Assembly: GCA_951406725.2 (NCBI GenBank)
Contig: OX597823.1
Location: 80,352,001-80,416,000 of the forward strand
Origin: Octopus vulgaris
Taxonomy: Eukaryota
DNA length: 64,000 nucleotides
Direction: 5' to 3'
Shown one piece after another: positions 61,520 to 64,000 of this stretch. How positions within the stretch are numbered: position 1 is the stretch's first letter; every line of letters starts with the position of its first letter. The notes beneath the pieces were generated by a model that was given only the letters and a program-made list of their open reading frames with translations, was not told the DNA's origin and did not search any database. The translations under genes were made by a program, and so were the position numbers.

Positions 61520-63342
61520 GAGTGAGAGAGAAAGAGAGAGCAAATATAAAAGAAATTATGATAAACACAAGTTCCTATATATGTTTCACTGTTGTGATTG
61601 TTTGGAACTCTGCATTGGAAAATTCAAGTGTAATCCAATGCTTAACTACAAGGGAACACTTTATTTGCTCTGTATATCATAACTAGTAATACTAATAAGT
61701 ATAATGGTAGCTTAACTACTATACTGGAAGCAGACTGAACAAAGATAATCTCTGTGAAAGCTGCATGCATACTCTAGCTACACCACTGCCCTGCACCCCA
61801 TCACACTACCACCCTTACTTCATCATAATCATCAGTCTTGGAAGCTCTACATAACATCATAGCTGTTTCTTCTCATTCTCGGAGAAAATCATTAAAAAGT
61901 AATGAAAAACACATAAAACAGAAATAAAGCTGTTGGTACATACCATGAGCTTCGATCATAATGTAAGTTCCAACTTCTTTAATTGTAAAATTTGCCATTG
62001 GTGTGCCTTCGGGAGCCTTGTTGTTGATTGTGTATGTTATATTGGTCCCTCTTGCTAAATTTATAATGGTGTCATAAATCAGGAATTTCACAGATTTGGT
62101 ACAAGAATAGCCAAGGGTACCACAGGGTACATTTTCTGTAGTCACTTGGAAAGTTCCTCCTGTTTCATTACAGAAATCCTGAGCTATGATATAAGCACAT
62201 GCTCCCTGAAAGTTGTATGGTTTCCCATCAAATGTCACATAATGAGGATCTCCAAATGCTTCACAAGTGGCTGTAATAAAAATGACAATAAATTATAAGG
62301 GTTTTTTATTGAACACAAAATATAATTGTCTATAATATTATTCTGCCTGTCAGGACATGTTAGAGTGCTATGCTTTAAACAGCCTTAACCCTTTTGATAC
62401 CAACCTGGCTGAATTAAAATCTTCCATCAAACCTTAGTCACAATTTATGTTCCCAACACTAGCTTAATGATGACTAAGTTCTTTTACTAAATTCTTTGTT
62501 ATATTTAAAATTAATTGATTGAAACTGAGAGCATCTCAAAATAAATACGGTAACGAAAGGGTTAACTGTGTAACAAAACAGAAGTCATAAACAATCTCTG
62601 ATTTGATAGAAAAAGTTTCCATGTTATGTTTTTAACAACTTTAACAATGGAATGAAATTAAAAACAGACCTAATTAAAATCCCTAACATAATGAAACAGT
62701 GTTATGATGATCCATATTTAATCTACTGCTCTATTCACATCTGCAAAGTCAATGATCTTCTCTTAATTAATCTTAAGATTAAGCAAACCAGTGAAAGCTT
62801 ATCACCATTACAGTTTTAACATCCACTTTCCATGCTTGTATGGGTCCAACAGGGTTTATTTTATCGACCCAGAAGGATGAATGGTAAAGCTGATCCCTGC
62901 GGCATTTGAACTCAGAACATGAAGTCTGAAGAAATACCACTAAACATTTTTTCAAGCACAGTAACAACTCTGCCAGCTCACCGTCTTATGTCTATACAAA
63001 TATCATTTCAAATTTTTCCACAAGGGCAGCTTGTGGGAGGGGATTAAGTCAATTACATCGACCCTAGTGCATAACTGGTACTTATTTAATTGACCCCGAA
63101 AGGATGACAGGCAAAGTCGACCATGGCAGAATTTGAACTCAGAACATAGCGACAGACTAAGCATTTTGCCTGGCATGCTAAGTTTTGCTAACAATTTTGC
63201 CAGCTTGATGCCTTATGTCTATAGAAATATAATAACAAAAAGAGATACTGACTGAAAAAAAAAAATGAAATGGAAATAATAGTAGATTATATTACCTGCA
63301 CAATGACGTTCAGTACATTTCCAGGTTCCATGTTTACAATAG
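1184..63342 (-). CDS. Multi-exon gene (internal portion, 30 exons, ~1472 aa visible): VWD/C8/TIL/VWC/LDLa/discoidin-like secreted protein, hemocytin/SCO-spondin/mucin-like
   Basis: 30 exons with AG/GT ends join in one open frame with matching phases. VWD motifs [15 protein letters not shown] and [12 protein letters not shown]8 cysteine pattern, TIL and LDLa motifs. The gene extends beyond both window edges. Confidence 0.93.
2560..2784 (-). CDS. exon 29: VWC-like
   Basis: [18 protein letters not shown]...[30 protein letters not shown]; AG/GTAAGT. Confidence 0.9.
3379..3700 (+). mobile_element. SINE family D (tRNA head, GTGTCCTTGAGCAAGACACTT body), tail T1
   Basis: partial copies at 38274-38510 and 53472-53670. 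Confidence 0.8.
3725..4215 (-). mobile_element. RTE-type LINE fragment, degenerate
   Basis: [12 protein letters not shown]...HRIMVYHW...VSNQ; interrupted by stops. Confidence 0.7.
4768..5050. repeat. Complex (TA)/(TATACA) microsatellite
   Basis: direct reading. Confidence 0.95.
5529..5728 (-). CDS. exon 28: TIL domain
   Basis: [17 protein letters not shown]...[35 protein letters not shown]; AG/GTAGCT (weak donor). Confidence 0.9.
5910..6215 (-). mobile_element. RTE-type LINE 3' end
   Basis: [26 protein letters not shown]...[13 protein letters not shown]; GC-richer than flanks. Confidence 0.75.
6384..6792 (+). mobile_element. Penelope-like element terminus with inverted pLTR, inserted in (TA)n
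   Basis: 96-bp arms 6384-6479/6541-6636 (1 mismatch), hammerhead, ~155-nt tail, (TA)n on both sides. Confidence 0.7.
6520..6593 (+). ncRNA. Type I hammerhead ribozyme (minimal helix III)
   Basis: CTGATGA 6530-6536, helix II GAAGA/TCTTC, GAAAC-ATGT-GTC (cut after 6582), helix I CCTTTCTTTC/GAGAG-T-AAAGG. Confidence 0.75.
6888..7188 (+). mobile_element. SINE family C, tail T2
   Basis: same head/body as 18077, different 3' ~120 nt. Confidence 0.82.
7275..7590 (-). mobile_element. Mariner transposon 5' fragment
   Basis: HTH-like [26 protein letters not shown]; terminus CATGGTCTGATCAATAAGTATC abutting TA. Confidence 0.75.
7904..7986 (-). ncRNA. Degenerate type I hammerhead motif
   Basis: CCT-CTGAAGA-AATTC...GGATT-TAAAC-AGAT-GTA-AGG; G12>T. 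Confidence 0.4.
8214..8279 (+). ncRNA. Degenerate type I hammerhead motif
   Basis: ATAACG-CCGATGA-CGGA..TCCA-GAAAC-ATGT-GTT-CGTTAT; U4>C change and a mismatch at the base of helix II. Confidence 0.55.
8806..8865 (-). CDS. exon 27: 60-nt Thr/Ser linker
   Basis: [19 protein letters not shown]; AG/GTAAGT; phase 1-1. Confidence 0.8.
10446..10484 (-). CDS. exon 26: 39-nt Thr-rich mini-exon
   Basis: [12 protein letters not shown]; AG/GTAAGT; symmetric phase 1-1. Confidence 0.75.
12150..12245. repeat. 22-bp minisatellite (~4 copies)
   Basis: CACATACACACTTACACAGATG repeated. Confidence 0.85.
12427..12822 (-). mobile_element. SINE family A
   Basis: matches 46171-46575 along its length. Confidence 0.85.
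12960..13011 (-). CDS. exon 25: VWC end
   Basis: [17 protein letters not shown]; AG/GTGAGT. Confidence 0.87.
13290..13660 (-). mobile_element. CR1/L2-group LINE 3' fragment (ORF2 C-terminus, 3' UTR, (TCTAAGTTTA)n tail)
   Basis: [17 protein letters not shown]...[18 protein letters not shown]...SL motif typical of invertebrate CR1-group ORF2 ends. Confidence 0.75.
14770..14976. mobile_element. piggyBac-like MITE (family F)
   Basis: TTAA flanks, CCCTTTAGCATT-type TIR; sibling copies ~14475-14693, ~52750-52966, fragments 36480 and 43243. Confidence 0.7.
15114..15343. mobile_element. piggyBac-like MITE (family G)
   Basis: TTAA flanks, TIR CCCTTTCATTACC/GGTATTGAAAGGG; related copies near 21415-21637, 40124, 40680-40880, 62385-62565. 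Confidence 0.8.
15379..15521 (-). CDS. exon 24: Thr linker plus VWC-like
   Basis: [47 protein letters not shown]; AG/GTAAGT. Confidence 0.9.
15913..16250. mobile_element. Fold-back element in (TA)n, same architecture as 6384-6792
   Basis: 109-bp arms 15913-16021/16038-16146 (6 mismatches), ~100-nt tail, (TA)n flanks; no hammerhead seen. Confidence 0.6.
16290..17180 (-). mobile_element. Old LINE-like fragment
   Basis: purine-rich minus strand, remnant RQPRK.MKW motif; heavily degenerate. Confidence 0.35.
17359..17518 (-). CDS. exon 23: discoidin-like second half
   Basis: [33 protein letters not shown]...[10 protein letters not shown]; AG/GTGTGT. Confidence 0.85.
17795..18775. repeat. Long complex TA-rich microsatellite split by the SINE C insertion
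   Basis: ATATATAC/ATAAATAC units on both sides of 18077-18456. Confidence 0.95.
18077..18456 (+). mobile_element. SINE family C (tRNA-derived, Arg-like head; octopus OR-type by recall), tail T1
   Basis: GGCGCAATGGCCCAGTGGTTAGGGCAGCGGACTCGCGGTCG...; second copy 10701-11056. Confidence 0.85.
18800..19100 (-). mobile_element. RTE-type LINE fragment
   Basis: [18 protein letters not shown]...[16 protein letters not shown]...[15 protein letters not shown]. Confidence 0.75.
19291..19356. repeat. 31-bp-arm inverted repeat with 4-nt loop
   Basis: AAGAACTTAAAGGACTTGAAGAATTTGTGTT-CGCA-AACACAAATTCTTCAAGTCCTGTAAGTTCTT, 1 mismatch. Confidence 0.85.
19469..19836 (-). CDS. exon 22: Cys-rich segment plus second discoidin-like domain, first half
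   Basis: [17 protein letters not shown]...[25 protein letters not shown]...RQIKVTF; AG/GTAAGT. Confidence 0.9.
21808..21865 (-). CDS. exon 21: VWC end
   Basis: [19 protein letters not shown]; AG/GTAAGT. Confidence 0.88.
22630..22830 (+). mobile_element. Mariner-derived non-autonomous element
   Basis: encodes transposase C-terminal [12 protein letters not shown]; degenerate terminal inverted repeats. Confidence 0.65.
22953..23051 (-). CDS. exon 20: VWC-like
   Basis: [33 protein letters not shown]; AG/GTGAGT. Confidence 0.9.
24218..24685. mobile_element. MITE/foldback with ~110-bp imperfect TIRs
   Basis: ttcctacttgctt..ccttcaaactttgcttttgt pairs with acaaaagcaaagtttgaagg..aagcaagtaggaa. Confidence 0.6.
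25294..25538. mobile_element. hAT-like MITE
   Basis: ends resemble CAGTGGTTCTCAAC / GTTGAGAACCA; right end duplicated at ~25930-25998. Confidence 0.5.
26051..26238 (-). CDS. exon 19: LDL-receptor class A repeat
   Basis: [46 protein letters not shown]; AG/GTAAGC. Confidence 0.93.
27186..27234 (-). CDS. exon 18: VWC end
   Basis: [16 protein letters not shown]; AG/GTAAGT. Confidence 0.88.
27650..28680 (+). mobile_element. RTE-type LINE reverse-transcriptase fragment (pseudogenised)
   Basis: [40 protein letters not shown]; frameshifts and stops. Confidence 0.8.
29097..29207 (-). CDS. exon 17: VWC-like
   Basis: [37 protein letters not shown]; AG/GTGAGT. Confidence 0.88.
30100..30350 (-). mobile_element. 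SINE family D, tail T3
   Basis: D body joined to the same tail as 56604-56915; older relative at ~335-565. Confidence 0.8.
30495..30600. repeat. 19-bp minisatellite
   Basis: AAAGTACMAGACAATGATG repeated about 4-5 times. Confidence 0.85.
30788..30894 (-). CDS. exon 16: TIL end
   Basis: [35 protein letters not shown]; AG/GTGAGA. Confidence 0.9.
31991..32288 (-). CDS. exon 15: discoidin-like end, Thr linker, TIL start
   Basis: [26 protein letters not shown]...LILNGCEQP...CRCTPTCED; AG/GTATTG. Confidence 0.9.
33263..33669 (-). mobile_element. SINE family A
   Basis: matches 46171-46575 along its length. Confidence 0.85.
35775..36076 (-). CDS. exon 14: divergent discoidin/F5-8 type C-like domain, first half
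   Basis: [22 protein letters not shown]...[12 protein letters not shown]...[15 protein letters not shown]; AG/GTGAGT; domain call by motif resemblance. Confidence 0.88.
36991..37162 (-). CDS. exon 13: VWC end plus Thr-rich linker
   Basis: [30 protein letters not shown]...STTPE; AG/GTTTGA. Confidence 0.9.
37272..37572 (-). mobile_element. SINE family C, tail T4
   Basis: C head/body (internally deleted) followed by an unrelated ~190-nt tail ending in (CAA)n. Confidence 0.72.
37821..38041 (-). mobile_element. SINE family B (alternative tail) with target-site duplication
   Basis: TAAAAGCATGCTTC at 37807-37820 and 38042-38055. Confidence 0.85.
39058..39153 (-). CDS. exon 12: VWC-like
   Basis: [32 protein letters not shown]; AG/GTAAGT. 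Confidence 0.9.
41041..41138 (-). CDS. exon 11
   Basis: [32 protein letters not shown]; AG/GTATGA. Confidence 0.88.
42338..42793 (+). mobile_element. Retroposon family E (GGCGTTAGGAAGGGCATCCAGC...(GAT)n tail)
   Basis: copies at 41424-41872, 53040-53458, 36770-36955, 15645-15858 (+) and 60882-61073, 29457-29670, 19896-20085, 9081-9203, 4300-4640 (-). Confidence 0.82.
44392..44820 (-). mobile_element. Two tandem SINE B copies inserted into an older plus-strand B copy
   Basis: ~190-bp unit repeated; host B copy 44231-44390 resumes at ~44821. Confidence 0.8.
45002..45115 (-). CDS. exon 10: TIL-like
   Basis: [37 protein letters not shown]; AG/GTTGGT. Confidence 0.88.
45208..45601. mobile_element. 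Family F MITE interrupted by the tRNA-Glu element
   Basis: TTAA ends; halves rejoin into the family F sequence when 45245-45414 is removed. Confidence 0.75.
45342..45414 (-). tRNA. tRNA-Glu(TTC), intact cloverleaf, probably the head of a retroposed element
   Basis: TCCCATG/CATGGGA acceptor stem, D arm GTCT/AGAT, anticodon arm CCTGG-CTTTCAC-CCAGG, T arm CCAGG-TTCGATT-CCTGG. Confidence 0.88.
45676..46142 (+). mobile_element. SINE family A (tRNA-like head, internal microsatellite, GGTGCTCCAGCATGGCC...GAAAC tail), full length
   Basis: multi-copy in window: ~1-163, 768-913, 12427-12822, 33263-33669, 34050-34397, 34682-35340, 57711-58097, 58104-58730, 63398-63800. Confidence 0.88.
46171..46575 (-). 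mobile_element. SINE family A, full length, tail-to-tail with the preceding copy
   Basis: reverse complement of 45676-46142. Confidence 0.88.
46789..46920 (-). CDS. exon 9: Pro/Thr/Ser-rich linker
   Basis: [43 protein letters not shown]; phase 1-1; AG/GTAGGT. Confidence 0.85.
46995..47340 (-). mobile_element. SINE family D, tail T5
   Basis: D head/body followed by a distinct tail ending GGGGGTCTTTACCCTTTA. Confidence 0.75.
47359..48506. repeat. ~360-bp direct duplication (47359-47727, 48151-48506)
   Basis: near-identical copies with small indels flanking the Helitron-like piece. Confidence 0.9.
47728..48146 (-). mobile_element. Non-autonomous Helitron-like 5' fragment
   Basis: minus strand begins TCTATATATATAAAAGGCAG-(TCTG)n ... 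CAACCGATTCTGATGAAACTTGACAC, typical of short Helitron/HINE elements. Confidence 0.6.
49063..49164 (-). CDS. exon 8: LDL-receptor class A-like repeat
   Basis: [33 protein letters not shown]; AG/GTAAGT. Confidence 0.9.
49718..49953 (+). mobile_element. SINE family B (GGCGAGCTGGCAGAA head; GCCTTTCATCCTTTCGGGGTCGAT..AAGTACCAG core, Meta-domain-like)
   Basis: many copies: ~1516, 11138, 13982, 23184, 23499, 28855, 30979, 36593, 37821, 44002, 44231, 44392, 56250, 57048, 58355, 62855, 63007. Confidence 0.85.
51225..51660 (+). mobile_element. RTE-type LINE 3' fragment
   Basis: [40 protein letters not shown]. Confidence 0.7.
52635..52714 (-). CDS. exon 7: VWC-like end plus Thr-rich linker
   Basis: [26 protein letters not shown]; AG/GTAAGT. 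Confidence 0.9.
53692..53788 (-). CDS. exon 6: TIL end / VWC-like
   Basis: [31 protein letters not shown]; AG/GTACGT. Confidence 0.9.
54334..54480 (-). CDS. exon 5: TIL domain
   Basis: [20 protein letters not shown]...[14 protein letters not shown]; AG/GTATGA. Confidence 0.93.
56604..56915 (+). mobile_element. SINE family C, tail T3 (V-domain-like GATGGACTGGCATCCCGTCCAG)
   Basis: second copy 43360-43660 (-); variant at 22259-22470. Confidence 0.82.
57048..57279 (-). mobile_element. SINE family B with target-site duplication
   Basis: AATACAGTAAA at 57036-57046 and 57280-57290. Confidence 0.88.
57390..57564 (-). CDS. exon 4: C8 domain
   Basis: [37 protein letters not shown]...WR; AG/GTAAGT. 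Confidence 0.95.
59436..59760. mobile_element. Tc1/mariner (Tc2-like) MITE
   Basis: ~30-bp TIR CACTATATTTGATGGTCTATAA / TTATAGGCCATCAAATATGGTG within TA-rich flanks. Confidence 0.65.
60253..60563 (-). CDS. exon 3: VWD C-terminal part and start of C8
   Basis: [31 protein letters not shown]...AFANSWRV...IFEPCHSS; AG/GTAAGT. Confidence 0.95.
61117..61450 (+). mobile_element. Fold-back Penelope-like terminus with hammerhead 3' half
   Basis: arms 61117-61197/61206-61294, GAAAC-AGCT-GTA at 61213-61224, ~155-nt tail, TA/CA microsatellite flanks. Confidence 0.65.
61944..62270 (-). CDS. exon 2: VWD domain, N-terminal part
   Basis: [33 protein letters not shown]...[16 protein letters not shown]; AG/GTATGT. 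Confidence 0.95.
62385..62565. mobile_element. piggyBac-like MITE (family G, opposite orientation, internal deletion)
   Basis: TTAA-CCCTTT...AAAGGG-TTAA; reverse complement of 15114-15343. Confidence 0.8.
63296..63342 (-). CDS. exon 1 (in window): end of VWC-like segment
   Basis: ttcag|C TAT TGT..., [15 protein letters not shown], donor GTAAT; phase matches next exon. Confidence 0.85.
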
Positions 63343-63600
63343 CTGAAAGAGGGATCAATATCATCTCAGAATTACAACATAGAAAGGTATCTTTTATTTT
63401 TTTATTTATTTCATATACTGGACTGTGGTCATGCTGGGGCACAGTGTTAAAGGGTTTTAGTTGAACAAATAGATTCTGGGATTACTTTGTTTTAAAGTCT
63501 AGTATTTATTCTATCAGGCTGTCTTACTGACCTGCTAAGTTACAGGGACATAAACAAACCAACCATCAGAGGGGACAATCACAAACGCACACACACACAT

Positions 63601-63646
<46 letters not shown>

Positions 63647-64000
63647 AGCTTCCACATAGTTTCTTGCTCCCAAATTCACTCACAAAACATTGGTGGCCTG
63701 GTGTTATAGTAGAAGACATTTATTTGCCCAAGATGCCACACAGTGGGACTGAACCCAAACCCACGTTGGTTGCAAAACAAGCTTCCAAACCATACAATCA
63801 TGATATATGATGTTCATCATATGTCACACAAAGTCCTCTAACATGCTTTATTAATCTCAGACTGGACTGGGCTATAATTTTTATGACAGCTTTTCTCATA
63901 TTTATGATAAACACACAGGTATTTAGGATAAACACTGATGGCTTTTAAATTATCTATTGCTCATTTTTATTAATTTTTTATGTCTATTCTGAAATGCTAG

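Noticed and set aside
1184-63342. Assigning a symbol such as SSPO, Hml or MUC5/MUC2
   Set aside because: Only an internal fragment is visible and orthology cannot be established without phylogeny

Overview
AT-rich, microsatellite-dense eukaryotic DNA. The SINE families present point to an octopus/coleoid cephalopod genome (inference). The whole window lies inside one large minus-strand gene. I traced 30 GT-AG exons with continuous phase from 63342 down to 1184, totalling 4418 nt (~1472 codons); no start or stop codon falls in the window. The product is a secreted von Willebrand/mucin-family protein (hemocytin/SCO-spondin/gel-forming-mucin-like) with VWD-C8-TIL, VWC-like, LDLa, two divergent discoidin (F5/8C)-like domains and Thr-rich linkers. 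Introns hold tRNA-derived SINEs, RTE and CR1-group LINE fragments, mariner fragments, piggyBac-like TTAA MITEs and a Helitron-like piece. Most notable: (1) unrelated fold-back elements embedded in (TA)n tracts, several carrying type I hammerhead ribozyme motifs (one apparently intact, 6520-6593), consistent with Penelope-like retroelement termini; (2) an intact tRNA-Glu(TTC) fused to a LINE/SINE-type 3' tail and inserted in a MITE; (3) a covarying 3' stem-loop shared by a LINE, a SINE and the tRNA-Glu element; (4) combinatorial head/tail swapping among SINEs. Repeat coordinates are approximate, and SINE/MITE letters A-G are my own labels.
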